Virus record (IMG/VR): IMGVR_UViG_3300009684_000013
Location: 1 to 32,027 of that record
Length of the DNA stretch: 32,027 nucleotides
Origin: a virus
Taxonomy: Duplodnaviria > Caudoviricetes
Reading direction: 5' to 3' (one strand)
Shown: piece by piece, positions 1 to 9,875 of the stretch
Layout: every line of letters starts with the position of its first letter
Position numbering within the stretch: position 1 is the first letter of the stretch
Made by a program: the position numbers and the translations under genes
Notes under the pieces: generated by a model
Told to the model about the DNA's origin: nothing
Database searches by the model: none
The model's input: only the letters and a program-made list of their open reading frames with translations

Positions 1-123
1 AAGCCTTGCACTTAATTGTTCAATCTCTGACCTGCTATAAAGTTTATTAGCATTCATCATTTCTACACAAAAAGGTCTTGAATTAGGTTTATCCTTATCA
101 CTAAATCCTGTTTTCCACTCATA
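1..123. repeat. Terminal direct repeat, copy 1 (123 bp); probably an assembly overlap of a circular or circularly permuted genome
   Basis: Bases 1-123 match 31905-32027, and the portal reading frame is continuous across the junction. Confidence 0.95.
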
Positions 124-1647
124 AGAATATCTGATAAGCATCTCCCTTGTAATTGGTTTAATCTTTTCTAATATCTTACTTAAAGAATCAGTTAATATTC
201 TTTCAGTTTGAACATTAGAATCAATGCCTTCTCCTATTTTAACCTCTTTAATGTCCAAAAATCCCTTATCTGCAAGATTTGATATTACCCTCTTAATTAC
301 TCCAATATCTTCGCCTAATGTGTCTGCAATGACCTCAGGAGTGATTCTTTTATCTTTACTTATCAAATCTAAGACATTTCCTTGTAATTGTGTTACATCT
401 GCAAAATTAGCCTCCTCAAAAACTGACCTTTGCTTCCAGATATTGTACTTGTTTTTGTCATCTCCAAATTCATATAAACAACTAAAATCTTCAGAGAAAG
501 ATTGTTGGATAGGCACTTGTGGTTGTTGATATTTAGTAATATCTATACCTGCTTTTTCAAGCAACCATTCTTTAGGTGCTATTTGTAATAAAGTTTGCTC
601 TGTTAACTCCATTCCAATAGGCTCACAAGGTATAATCTTCAAGTCCTCTGGATATCCTGCAAACCCTGCCAACATATTAAACACAGATTCTAATTCAATC
701 TGTTTTGCATTAACATAAGTGTTCTTAAAAATCTCATAGCCATCCCTCATTTCAGTTCTGCTTCCCAACTTACCTGCTTCTGCAATACCAAAGATTGAAG
801 GAGTAGTAATTTGATGACCGCTAAAAATGTTAACTTGAATAAGTGAATCAACCCTACCAAAATCTTCCTTTGTTAAATCAGATTGTCCTAAATCATCAAC
901 AATAGGCTTTCTTGAAGCATCATTAACAAAAGCTAACATATACTTTATTCCATCTGCTCCTGTATATGTATTCTTAAATTTATTATGTACAACTCTTTGC
1001 TCTTCTGGAGATGGCTCTCCATTTGGTAATGTAATAAGTTTACTTGCAGAAAACCCTGTTTTTGCATTACCTAAAACGTGCTTACTAACCTCAATATCAG
1101 ATTCTATGTAATTTAAGGCACCAAAGTATGCAGGTAACGAATAAGCACCCTGATTAGGTCTGTATTCTTTTATATAGTATATCTGTTTGCCAACAGGATT
1201 CTTAGGATTAAATGAAGGATATACTTGATATTGTTCATTTCTATCTTTCCAATCTTCTTTATACCAATATTGAGTATTATCTTTATTTGTTCTAAATTTA
1301 GAATAGTCGCAATGCCATATCTCAGCAATCTTACCTACTCCCCAAATAACTTCTAAATAAGCACCTCCAAATAGTTCAATATCTAAAGATACTTTTCTGC
1401 TTAAATCATTTAAAGTTTCTGTTCTATTAACGTGTTGAATAAATTGCTCACTACCAGACCATCCATTTCCATTAATGTAGTGAACTTTACTTTTTACAAT
1501 AGCATTATGCTTGGCTGATTTATTAAATAAATCAATCAGATATATAGGATAATCGTTCTTCTCGCCATACTGAATATATCCTTCGCCTTTCTTTTCTTTA
1601 TATTCAGGCTGCTTAGCTTCTGCAAATTGTATTATTTGAAAACTCAT
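1..1647 (-). CDS. Portal protein, 5' part (continues across the junction to 31794; ~585 aa in total), with C-terminal winged-helix and MuF-like extensions
   Basis: Missing from the ORF track because the contig end splits it. ATG at 1647 overlaps the upstream stop (ATGA). It begins MSFQIIQFAEAKQPEYKEKKGEGYIQYGEKNDYPIYLIDLFNKSAKHNAIV, and later has portal-like segments (YSLPAYFGALNYIESDIEVSKH, NIFSGHQITTPSIFGIAEAGKLG). It sits between the capsid/tail genes and the head-tail adaptor. Confidence 0.85.
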   Translation of the reverse strand, partial: MSFQIIQFAEAKQPEYKEKKGEGYIQYGEKNDYPIYLIDLFNKSAKHNAIVKSKVHYINGNGWSGSEQFIQHVNRTETLNDLSRKVSLDIELFGGAYLEVIWGVGKIAEIWHCDYSKFRTNKDNTQYWYKEDWKDRNEQYQVYPSFNPKNPVGKQIYYIKEYRPNQGAYSLPAYFGALNYIESDIEVSKHVLGNAKTGFSASKLITLPNGEPSPEEQRVVHNKFKNTYTGADGIKYMLAFVNDASRKPIVDDLGQSDLTKEDFGRVDSLIQVNIFSGHQITTPSIFGIAEAGKLGSRTEMRDGYEIFKNTYVNAKQIELESVFNMLAGFAGYPEDLKIIPCEPIGMELTEQTLLQIAPKEWLLEKAGIDITKYQQPQVPIQQSFSEDFSCLYEFGDDKNKYNIWKQRSVFEEANFADVTQLQGNVLDLISKDKRITPEVIADTLGEDIGVIKRVISNLADKGFLDIKEVKIGEGIDSNVQTERILTDSLSKILEKIKPITREMLIRYSYEWKTGFSDKDKPNSRPFCVEMMNANKLYSRSEIEQLSARL

Positions 1648-2021
1648 TGTCTAATTTTATAAGTATCTGTCGTTTGATATGAAGTAAATATTGTTGATGC
1701 TTGATTTAACATCATTATTCCACTCTCTAACATATTCAATCCAGATGGATTTGTATTTGATGAACTTGCTTGTTCATATATTTCATAAGTATATTGACCT
1801 ATTAATGAAGTGTTAAAATAAGTGTTAGTAACTAAACTGAACTTATTATACCTATCTTTAAATAGGCTAATATCTGCATTATTTAATAAGACAAATTTAA
1901 CTTCTGTATTTGTACTTCTACTTCTGAAAATAAAAAGGTAGTTAGGATTTGTAAGTAATTCCTTTTCAGTTAAAGTTAAATACATATATTGGGTTGCCCC
2001 TTTAGTTAATTGTATCATCAA
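1644..2021 (-). CDS. Hypothetical virion/morphogenesis protein
   Basis: 125-aa beta-rich ORF, translationally coupled to the portal and preceded by the late-promoter motif. Confidence 0.6.
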   Translation of the reverse strand: MMIQLTKGATQYMYLTLTEKELLTNPNYLFIFRSRSTNTEVKFVLLNNADISLFKDRYNKFSLVTNTYFNTSLIGQYTYEIYEQASSSNTNPSGLNMLESGIMMLNQASTIFTSYQTTDTYKIRQ

Positions 2022-2024
2022 CTA

Positions 2025-2051
2025 TAAATGTCAACTTCGTAAGTATTTAAC
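2025..2051 (-). promoter_or_regulatory. Putative late promoter (GTTA-N16-ACATTTA)
   Basis: One of five copies of GWTA-N16/17-ACATTTA, each just upstream of a late gene. Confidence 0.65.
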
Positions 2052-2084
2052 AAAAAAAATGCCCTACCAATTAAGGTAAGGCAC
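2052..2084 (-). terminator. Rho-independent terminator after the putative major tail gene
   Basis: Minus strand reads GTGCCTTACC-TTAATT-GGTAGGGCAT followed by a T run. Confidence 0.8.
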
Positions 2085-2103
2085 TTCTATATTATATATT
2101 CAC

Positions 2104-2622
2104 TTAACCTGCGGTTGTCAAAGCAGAAGCTACTGCAGAAGCAACACTTTGAGCCAATGTAGGTTCTTTACCTGTAAATGTCAAAGTATATCCACTTCTA
2201 TCTCCTTCAGCAGTACCAGATTGAGCAGAACCTGCAGTTACATCTAATCCTCTTGTCAAACCAAGATACCAGAAATTGCCATTATTGTCTTTAACAACTG
2301 CCTCCAAAAGATTCTTTGAAAGTAGCAATATTTCGTTTCTTGTATTAACTTGAAGTTTGTTAAGAACAAGTGTTAACTCTTGTTGATAGAAGATAGTTCC
2401 ATTTTCAACAGATGAATTTATGTTCTCAACAAATGAAGATGTGCCTTTCACAAGTTCATATTTGTAGAACTTCTTTCCTGTAGCCTTAGTTAAGGCAGTA
2501 ATTACTCCACTTGCTTCTGTTTGAGATGTTACATTAGCTGATTCAATGAAGTAAACCTCCGTTAAACCACCTAAAGAATCCCTACAATCAAGTGTGTAAC
2601 CTTGAGTTAAAGCACACGGCAT
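2104..2622 (-). CDS. Probable major tail (tube) protein
   Basis: 172 aa, Thr/Ser/Gly-rich (MPCALTQGYTLDCRDSLGG...GYTLTFTGKE). Lies directly after the MCP and is followed by a strong terminator. Confidence 0.65.
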   Translation of the reverse strand: MPCALTQGYTLDCRDSLGGLTEVYFIESANVTSQTEASGVITALTKATGKKFYKYELVKGTSSFVENINSSVENGTIFYQQELTLVLNKLQVNTRNEILLLSKNLLEAVVKDNNGNFWYLGLTRGLDVTAGSAQSGTAEGDRSGYTLTFTGKEPTLAQSVASAVASALTTAG

Positions 2623-2644
2623 ATTATTATATTTATAAGATTAT

Positions 2645-2667
2645 AAAAAGGGGAGTTTTACCTCCCC
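2645..2667 (-). terminator. Rho-independent terminator after the major capsid gene
   Basis: Minus strand reads GGGGAG-GTAAAA-CTCCCC-TTTTT. Confidence 0.8.
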
Positions 2668-2673
2668 AATTAA

Positions 2674-3627
2674 TTAGAGTTTAAATTCAACCCACTCATC
2701 TGGGAATGCAAAGTTCACACCCATTTTGAACTCAGATACAAAACGTACTTCATCTGCTTCTTTAGCATAGAAGATTTCAAATTTCTCTTCTTCGTTTAAC
2801 AAATCTGTTCCCAAGAACATATTGCTCAAACGACAAGCATAAATTTTATTTGTACCATTCAAACCTGCAACTGCAATAACTTTGATTGAAGTACCTGGAA
2901 GGATGAACTCGCTATCTGCTTTTGCATCAACTTGATAATGAAAACTATTTGCATTCTTAAGTGCAACAGTATAAGTTCTGAAAAGGTCTTGACCACAGAA
3001 GATAGTCATATCATCTTTAGCAACAACCTTTGCAGGAATAGCCAAGTAAACTGCATCAAATACTGCGATAACGTTTGCAGAAGTGATTGAAGCAACAGGA
3101 CCACCAGAGATATAAGTTGAAGTATTTGCAGAAATGATAGAAGCAGAAGCCTCTAAAGAATGCCTAATAAATCCTTTAAACTTATTCAAGTTACCATCAG
3201 CACTCAAAGTTGAACCCTGCCATATTGCAGTTTCAAGTTGAGCAGCAATAATAGAAGCCTTTTTATCAGAGTATTCTTGCTCAAAAGGAATAGAATCATA
3301 TCTGCTTCCTGTTGGCAATGCCTTCTGAAGATATTTAGCTTCCAAAGCCTTTGGACAAAGTGCTTCGTTAACTTTAATTTTACCTACTACAACAGGTCTT
3401 TGTGTGAAAGAAGTTGTTCCTGAAGCATTGAATCCGCAAGTTCCACCTGCTTGAAAGAATGCATCTGTATCCATAACATTGATTTGCTCACTTGATTTCA
3501 CTCCTACCATTACATTTCCAGAAGATTTAATCAAGGCAGCAGTTTTTGCACCAAGTACAGAGTTAGTAACGAGCAATGCTTCGTTCTCTCTTGTATAATC
3601 TGCTAATGAACTTACGCTAAATGCCAT
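2674..3627 (-). CDS. Major capsid protein
   Basis: 317 aa, downstream of the protease and scaffold genes. Contains an HK97-like IAAQLETAIWQG...FKGF segment and is followed by a terminator. Confidence 0.85.
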   Translation of the reverse strand: MAFSVSSLADYTRENEALLVTNSVLGAKTAALIKSSGNVMVGVKSSEQINVMDTDAFFQAGGTCGFNASGTTSFTQRPVVVGKIKVNEALCPKALEAKYLQKALPTGSRYDSIPFEQEYSDKKASIIAAQLETAIWQGSTLSADGNLNKFKGFIRHSLEASASIISANTSTYISGGPVASITSANVIAVFDAVYLAIPAKVVAKDDMTIFCGQDLFRTYTVALKNANSFHYQVDAKADSEFILPGTSIKVIAVAGLNGTNKIYACRLSNMFLGTDLLNEEEKFEIFYAKEADEVRFVSEFKMGVNFAFPDEWVEFKL

Positions 3628-3632
3628 TGTAT

Positions 3633-4220
3633 TTAATTTTTATTGTTTAAAATTGCGTTTCTATATTTATTAAGTCTATCAAACTTAATGTCTTTTGATT
3701 GCTCAAACTTAAATGATTTAGGTGCTTCAATAGGGTCAGCAGAAGGTACTTTGCTAAACTCTTCCATCATTGATACTACCAAACTAAATCCTTCTTTATT
3801 TTTGAACTCAATATCTTGAATCTTTGATTGCAATGCACTATTGATAGCCTTTAATTCATCAATTTGCTTATTAAAATCAGATTGCATCTCTTCCATTTTA
3901 GCATCTTGCTTTTTTACCATATTTTCAGGCATAACCTCTTCAGGCATAACATCTTCAGCAGGAGAAGCAACTTCAATGATAATACCTTTATCATCTATTT
4001 GTATTGAAGTTCCATCAGCAAGTTGATGTTCGCCCATTGGAGCAGGAGAGCCATCAGCCAATGTTACTGCACCACCAATAGCAAGTTCAGTAATATCTAC
4101 TTTAGTTCCATCCATCAATGAATATTCAGCCATTTTAGTTGGCATCATATCTTTTGCAGTTTCAACAGGCATATCTTCAAATAATGCCCTAATTTTTAAG
4201 ATTGCGTCTTTTGCGTTCAT
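3633..4220 (-). CDS. Capsid scaffolding protein
   Basis: Acidic 195-aa protein with an APMGEHQLADG motif and a coiled-coil C-terminus, located between the protease and the MCP. Confidence 0.7.
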   Translation of the reverse strand: MNAKDAILKIRALFEDMPVETAKDMMPTKMAEYSLMDGTKVDITELAIGGAVTLADGSPAPMGEHQLADGTSIQIDDKGIIIEVASPAEDVMPEEVMPENMVKKQDAKMEEMQSDFNKQIDELKAINSALQSKIQDIEFKNKEGFSLVVSMMEEFSKVPSADPIEAPKSFKFEQSKDIKFDRLNKYRNAILNNKN

Positions 4221-4225
4221 AATTG

Positions 4226-4253
4226 TAAATGTTTATTTTATTTAATGTTTATC
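4226..4253 (-). promoter_or_regulatory. Putative late promoter (GATA-N17-ACATTTA)
   Basis: Motif copy ending 5 nt upstream of the scaffold ATG. Confidence 0.6.
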
Positions 4254-4836
4254 ACTTAACAGATAGAAGAATATCTTTAATGCTATCTAATAATTGTGCT
4301 TCTTTTGTTTTAGCCTTTGAATATTCAAATATTCCCTCAACTGAAAATCCTTTAAAATTACCTTCCTTAATCATTTTCCATACTTCTGGATTCTCTACTT
4401 TAAAACTACCAAACCAACTTCCATCAGGTGCATCTTCAAATCCTCTCATTGGTAGAATACCTCTTTCAGTATCACAAATAAAAGATTCAAACATAGTAAC
4501 TCCGCTTACTTGTTGATTAGAATCGTGCATTAAGTTTACATTTGCTTGATATCCTTTTTTAAAAAACTTTTGAGCAATCTTAAAAATAGTGTCTTTGCTG
4601 AACACCACATAATACTCCCCATTAGTAGCATCATTGCGATAGATAGGAGAATCAGCCAACATAACAGGACCAGAGATAATTTGCTTATCTTCAGAAACGA
4701 TTTGAAACTTAACATTTTCTTTAAACGCATTCCAATTTCTTTGTATCGCAGGTTTATCTACCAAAGCAATAAATGATACCTCAGCATCATCTTGCATATC
4801 TTCATTTATCATCAATTCGTAAATAGGTAATTCCAT
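4252..4836 (-). CDS. Prohead protease, XkdF-like putative phage serine protease
   Basis: IALVDKPAI, NLMH, GSWF and GNFKGFSVEG motifs typical of XkdF-like proteases; lies upstream of scaffold and MCP. Confidence 0.8.
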   Translation of the reverse strand: MELPIYELMINEDMQDDAEVSFIALVDKPAIQRNWNAFKENVKFQIVSEDKQIISGPVMLADSPIYRNDATNGEYYVVFSKDTIFKIAQKFFKKGYQANVNLMHDSNQQVSGVTMFESFICDTERGILPMRGFEDAPDGSWFGSFKVENPEVWKMIKEGNFKGFSVEGIFEYSKAKTKEAQLLDSIKDILLSVK

Positions 4837-4841
4837 AACTA

Positions 4842-4868
4842 TAAATGTTTTAATTTTTATTATTTATC
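4842..4868 (-). promoter_or_regulatory. Putative late promoter (GATA-N16-ACATTTA)
   Basis: Motif copy ending 5 nt upstream of the protease ATG. Confidence 0.65.
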
Positions 4869-6618
4869 AATCAAACCTTGCTCTTTGTTGTATGGCTTTG
4901 ATTCTCTGTTGGTTAGTTGTTACATCTGTTTCAACTACATAGGCTTTAATTGCTTGATTTCCTAAAGCATTAATTGTTGATGCTGATAGATTTGTTGTTG
5001 CTGATTGTGGTTGTTGTGGTTGCATCGGTGCAGATGAATTTTTTGCAAATCCTGATGCTTCTCCTGCACTTCCTCCAGAACCTAATTGACTTAATGCTTT
5101 TCTTGTAGCTAATAATGATGATGCAACACCTAAAGCACCACTAATTGTATTTATTGTAACCCAAGGTTGACCTGCAGTAACTGGAGATGCTGCAACTGCT
5201 TTTGCATTTGCTACTTGTGTGTTTACTATAATTCTTCCTATACCTGCTGCATTTTCTGCAATAATTGCTGCTGCTTGTATTGCTTTATTTTTACCTGATA
5301 CTTCTCTTAATACATTTGCTAAACCAAATATTAAATCTATTTCAGCATTTTGAATTTCTTTTTTAGCTAAATATGCATCTAATTCAGATTGTGTTCTTCT
5401 TTTATTTTCAAGAATGATATTATTTGTTGCCTGTTGCTTTACTTCTTGAACTTGATTTTCTAATTCAAATTGTTTTGCAAGATATTCATCATCTTTTACT
5501 GCTTGTTCTGCTGCATCTGCTGCATCTTTTTCTTTTTTCTTTTCTTGATTATTTAGAACAAGCATATCATAATCAAAACCTGCTTTTCTTGCTTTTTCTC
5601 TTCCATCTTCTAATCTTTTAGTTTCTGCCTCCTCTGCTTCTCTTTTCTTTTTTGCTGCTTCTTTTTTTCTTTCTATTTCTTTAGTCTGAAATTCTATATC
5701 AGCAACTTTACCTTCTACGTTAATTTTTGCTACTTCTTCTCTTGCTTTTATAGCACCTTCTTTGTCTGCATTTTTTATTTCCTCATAATATCTTATCTGT
5801 GCTTGTCCTCTTAATTTTCTAAAAGATTGTTCAATATCAAATAATTCTTTTTCAGATGCACCTTTTAATTTAGCTTGTGCAATAGCAATTTTTCTTTGAT
5901 TTTCTAAAGATGATAATGAAGAATCTAACCCTATCTTTGCCCCTTTCTTAATACTTTCATTCAATTTATCTTGTGCTTCTTTTGCTTTTTCTGCTTCAGA
6001 TGTGTAAGATTGAAATGCTGATATAATCTCACCAACCGCTACGATAAGAAGTCCTATTCCTGTTGCTGCGATTGCACCTTTTAAAACCTTGAATGATGTT
6101 GACGTAGTTTCTACTGCAACACCAAAAAGTTTCATTGCACCTGCTGCTGCTTTATTAGCTAATTCATTGAGTTTTATAAATGCAGTAGAATTTTTTATTA
6201 CTGCTCCTAAATTTTTAAATGAATCAATACTTTCTCCAATAGCTTGTAATCCTTGTGATAAAGCCATAGCAGATTGTACTTTCAATAATGCTTTTTCAAC
6301 ATCTTTACTTTCAGTACCAAACAAGCTAATTGCACCTTGTACTGCTGCAAATCCACCTGCCACTCCAGATAAAGATGCAGTTAGTGCTTTGAATTTAGCA
6401 TCTGGATTAAAGGCATCTGTTAATGCTTTAGCATCTCCAATCCTATCTTTTAATTCTCCTGCTCTCTTTGCTGCTTTTACTGCTTCTTCAGATGTAACAC
6501 CAAACTTATCACTTAATGCAGCTACTTCTGCCTGTGCTTCTCTTAATTGTTTTTTAAGTGAGCCAACCGCTTCTCCTGCATTACCACCAACATTTATTTG
6601 AAAATCTAATTGTGCCAT
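4867..6618 (-). CDS. Tape measure protein
   Basis: 583 aa, Ala/Lys/Glu-rich helical and coiled-coil sequence with hydrophobic segments; ends in KAYVVETDVT. Confidence 0.8.
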   Translation of the reverse strand: MAQLDFQINVGGNAGEAVGSLKKQLREAQAEVAALSDKFGVTSEEAVKAAKRAGELKDRIGDAKALTDAFNPDAKFKALTASLSGVAGGFAAVQGAISLFGTESKDVEKALLKVQSAMALSQGLQAIGESIDSFKNLGAVIKNSTAFIKLNELANKAAAGAMKLFGVAVETTSTSFKVLKGAIAATGIGLLIVAVGEIISAFQSYTSEAEKAKEAQDKLNESIKKGAKIGLDSSLSSLENQRKIAIAQAKLKGASEKELFDIEQSFRKLRGQAQIRYYEEIKNADKEGAIKAREEVAKINVEGKVADIEFQTKEIERKKEAAKKKREAEEAETKRLEDGREKARKAGFDYDMLVLNNQEKKKEKDAADAAEQAVKDDEYLAKQFELENQVQEVKQQATNNIILENKRRTQSELDAYLAKKEIQNAEIDLIFGLANVLREVSGKNKAIQAAAIIAENAAGIGRIIVNTQVANAKAVAASPVTAGQPWVTINTISGALGVASSLLATRKALSQLGSGGSAGEASGFAKNSSAPMQPQQPQSATTNLSASTINALGNQAIKAYVVETDVTTNQQRIKAIQQRARFD

Positions 6619-8652
6619 TTAGAATGTTTTTGTTATCACTTTAAGTAATTCCACTTTTGTTGTGGTGTAATTCATAGGATTGTAGTTTATCACTTTGTTT
6701 ATCCTGAATAATATGCCATCTATCCAAACTAATCTACTGAAATCAAGTTGTTGAATATCCAAAGCATTTAATAAAACTTGACAGGTCAATAACTTACTAT
6801 CTTTATCCGTAATTTCAGCCATATAATCACTATAATAGGCATTAAATAGGTTAGTAGTAGGATAGGATTCTGCAGTAAAATAAAGTTCATTAGGTGCCCC
6901 AAAATTTATATCATTTAATGGTAGTAATGAATTATTAAATTGCAGATGTCCTGCATAACCATAAGCATTTAATGTTATTAAGTTTGATGCACCATTTTTT
7001 ATTTTCCAATTTGTTCTACCTGTTATCTTTTGAGCCTGAAGGATTCTAATATTAAAATCCATCTGGTCTTTTGCTGCATTATCATTTGACTTTTTATAAA
7101 TTGCAGAATAAATTTTGTCCTTTCCTGTTGCTTGAAATAATGGAGTGGCTGAAAATATTACCTCTGTGCTACTTGTATTATTAGCAAATTGAAATTCTGA
7201 ATCATACAATCTATCTCCATAACCTTCATTATATCTTTTACGATAATTCTCATTATAGTAATCATTATCAGGCTTATACTTAAACTGATAGAATCTACTA
7301 TTAAGTTCACTCATTGGTTTAATTGACCAAGCCTTTGACCTGTCTACCTTATTAGTCCAATCCTGTGTTGTTCCTGAATAGAAGTCAATATATGGCTTTA
7401 TATGAAGTTTTTTCTCATCAAATTGGTCATCATAGACATAAAGATTAAACATCTTACAAATGCTTATGAAAAAATCCTTTTGATAAATTCCGTGTGGAAT
7501 TGCATCATTAATTGTTATAACATCTCCATATCCTATGTTCACAGTTGTAGGCAATAAACTTATTATCTGTAATTGTCCACCATATTGTTGAATCTGTTGA
7601 ACATTTGAACTTATTCCTACTCTTAATACGTCATTTTGATTGAATGTGATTCCATTTGTAGATAAATCAACATTAAAGAATGCAGGTAATGAAGCAACTG
7701 AAATTGTTTGTTGTTCTAATATTGATGCATTTTTATATAAAGTAAATGTTGCAGTTGTTCCACTATGAACAGAATTAATTTGTCCAAATACTGAACATAT
7801 AATATCATCATTCATTGCAGCAGCAGGAGTATATGTAAATTCTTGATTACCTCCACCTAAAGTAAAATTTCCTAAAGTTGTTGCAGTATAATGAACATTT
7901 GAAGGATTATTATAAGTATTAGCAGTAGGATTTGCTTCCAAAGCAATATTTGAATATTTACTTAGTATTTTTTGATTACAAGGAATTATTAATCTTTTAA
8001 ATAAATCAGTTTCTAACAATGGAAACTCCCAAGTGTAATCCGTTCCTGCTATTATTTTTTCTAAATACTCCTTAACATATAAAGCAGGTTTGAATGCTTC
8101 ATACTGAAAATCTAAATCATTTGAAGTTACATCTCCTCCGATATCAATTAAAGGATAATAAATACCGCTTCCACTAACTGAATCCCAAGAAGCAGTAATA
8201 TGTTCGTGTGTCCAAGTTTCATTGTAAGCACTAAAATCTAAATCTTCAAGTTTAGCTTTCCCTAATTCAGAAATAAACCCTCCTAAATCTCCGTTAACAT
8301 TACATTGATATTCTATCGTTCCTGACTGATTAACAATCTCTAAAAGCCTAATAACACCTTTAAATATTTGTATTTTATCAATCAATATTCTACATTTAGC
8401 AGTTTTAGCAGCATTAAAGTTTGAGTTAACATTTGGTAAAGCATCATTAGTAACATTGGAATTACCTAAATCAAAAATAAATCCAAATATTTTATTATTT
8501 TTGGCAGTACCTACTAAAGTTATTGTTTTACTAAATGATGTATTCTTTGCACCAAAATCGTTGATATCATCAATGGTATAAGTAAAATCAGTTGATATAT
8601 CTTCAACCAAATCAACTTGATAATTCTCAATATATATTTCTGTGCTAATCAT
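6619..8652 (-). CDS. Tail tip/baseplate hub-like protein
   Basis: 677-aa beta-rich protein next to the tape measure gene; N-terminal DFTYTIDDINDFGAKNTSFSKTITL resembles Bacteroidota siphophage tail proteins. Confidence 0.65.
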   Translation of the reverse strand: MISTEIYIENYQVDLVEDISTDFTYTIDDINDFGAKNTSFSKTITLVGTAKNNKIFGFIFDLGNSNVTNDALPNVNSNFNAAKTAKCRILIDKIQIFKGVIRLLEIVNQSGTIEYQCNVNGDLGGFISELGKAKLEDLDFSAYNETWTHEHITASWDSVSGSGIYYPLIDIGGDVTSNDLDFQYEAFKPALYVKEYLEKIIAGTDYTWEFPLLETDLFKRLIIPCNQKILSKYSNIALEANPTANTYNNPSNVHYTATTLGNFTLGGGNQEFTYTPAAAMNDDIICSVFGQINSVHSGTTATFTLYKNASILEQQTISVASLPAFFNVDLSTNGITFNQNDVLRVGISSNVQQIQQYGGQLQIISLLPTTVNIGYGDVITINDAIPHGIYQKDFFISICKMFNLYVYDDQFDEKKLHIKPYIDFYSGTTQDWTNKVDRSKAWSIKPMSELNSRFYQFKYKPDNDYYNENYRKRYNEGYGDRLYDSEFQFANNTSSTEVIFSATPLFQATGKDKIYSAIYKKSNDNAAKDQMDFNIRILQAQKITGRTNWKIKNGASNLITLNAYGYAGHLQFNNSLLPLNDINFGAPNELYFTAESYPTTNLFNAYYSDYMAEITDKDSKLLTCQVLLNALDIQQLDFSRLVWIDGILFRINKVINYNPMNYTTTKVELLKVITKTF

Positions 8653-9875
8653 CTGTATTGACTATTTATATATTTACCAACCTCAATATCCACTTCAAAA
8701 TTGAATAGTTTATCACTTGATGCTAACTTATATTCATAGTTAGTTGATGCAATCACACAAGGGAAATAACCAGACAACACTTCAATATAGCAAATGCTTG
8801 AACCTACTAATTGAGCCAACCATTCATAATCGTTCTCACTTACCCAATCAGATATCAATTTCATTCTGTCCTTATGTTGAATAGAATAGTTTAAAGTTGT
8901 TTCGTTAAACCTATTGTAAGCATCTACATTTGACATACTGCTTCCAGATAACTGCCATTCACTTCTTCTATATGATGACCTTGTAAACTCTGTATTCCTT
9001 TTATTTACTAAAGCAAACTTCATTGTGTCCCATCCACCAAGCCTATTAAGAAAATGAATGTTGTATTGCCTATGTTTAGGGTAGCATACCTGTTTAACTT
9101 TAACCTTACTTGTAACAAATGAAGAACCACCTGCTGAATAGTTGATATACAAATGATATCCGAAAGTATCCTCAGTAATTAATGTGCTTCCTGCAAATGT
9201 GTTTATTGCTGCTGCCTGTAAGCTAAATAAATTAAACTCTCCAGATAATGTTAATGCTCCTGTATAGCTTAATAAAACACTACCTGCTTCATTAACCACA
9301 TCAATAGTTGCAGTATATGTTCCGCCTGTTGTCTTTCTGAAATATGATATGAAGCATTGGTCTCCAAATTCCATCTCAATCTTATCAAAATCCCTATCTG
9401 TCAACCAATTATCTGCAAAGTTAGCAACTAATAGATTCTCATAATAATCATCTAAAACTAAAGGAATTTCATTTCCAATATCAATCATATCAGCAAACAA
9501 AGGAGGGTAGTAATTATATGCAGAAAATGTTCCACTTGCATCTGGCAATACCGCTATGCTTCCAGATACTTCTTCTCTGACCTCCAACACATAATCAGTT
9601 TTCATCTTGTTATTAGAAGCTACAAGAATTGAACTACCAGAAGGCTCAAAGTAATTTGATGTATATGCTCTTACCACAGGAGCAGCATTAAATACTCCAT
9701 AGTTACCGCTAACATCTGGGAATACTTTTGACCTTGCAACTAAACTTCCATTTACTTTTACATCGTAAACAAATTTAAAATTGGTAGTTCCTGCATTCGT
9801 TGAAGATGAAACAAACCATAAGTCTGTATGCATTGAAGAATATGTCGCAGGTGTGTCTAAAATCGTAATTGCCAT
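8649..9875 (-). CDS. Tail structural protein (distal-tail-like)
   Basis: 408 aa with FLNRLGGWD motif; translationally coupled to the hub-like gene. Confidence 0.6.
   Translation of the reverse strand: MAITILDTPATYSSMHTDLWFVSSSTNAGTTNFKFVYDVKVNGSLVARSKVFPDVSGNYGVFNAAPVVRAYTSNYFEPSGSSILVASNNKMKTDYVLEVREEVSGSIAVLPDASGTFSAYNYYPPLFADMIDIGNEIPLVLDDYYENLLVANFADNWLTDRDFDKIEMEFGDQCFISYFRKTTGGTYTATIDVVNEAGSVLLSYTGALTLSGEFNLFSLQAAAINTFAGSTLITEDTFGYHLYINYSAGGSSFVTSKVKVKQVCYPKHRQYNIHFLNRLGGWDTMKFALVNKRNTEFTRSSYRRSEWQLSGSSMSNVDAYNRFNETTLNYSIQHKDRMKLISDWVSENDYEWLAQLVGSSICYIEVLSGYFPCVIASTNYEYKLASSDKLFNFEVDIEVGKYINSQYR

Noticed and set aside
1-123. Terminal repeat as a biological direct terminal repeat or att site
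   Set aside because: It falls in the middle of the portal CDS and is exact, so it is best explained as assembler overlap. Real genome ends cannot be inferred.
3924-3958. 15-bp tandem repeat TTCAGGCATAAC in the scaffold gene
   Set aside because: It encodes a low-complexity acidic linker (EDVMPEEVMPE); nothing suggests a DNA-level function.
4536-4730. Alternate-frame minus-strand ORFs inside the protease gene (and 25688-25882 inside the SSB-like gene)
   Set aside because: They are short, fully nested and motif-free, with no convincing start or frameshift signal.
6089-6601. 170-aa plus-strand ORF, and the other plus-strand ORFs (224-529, 4229-4516, 29116-29376, 29524-29856, etc.)
   Set aside because: They are antisense shadows of well-supported minus-strand genes, have no motifs, and run against a uniformly minus-strand genome.
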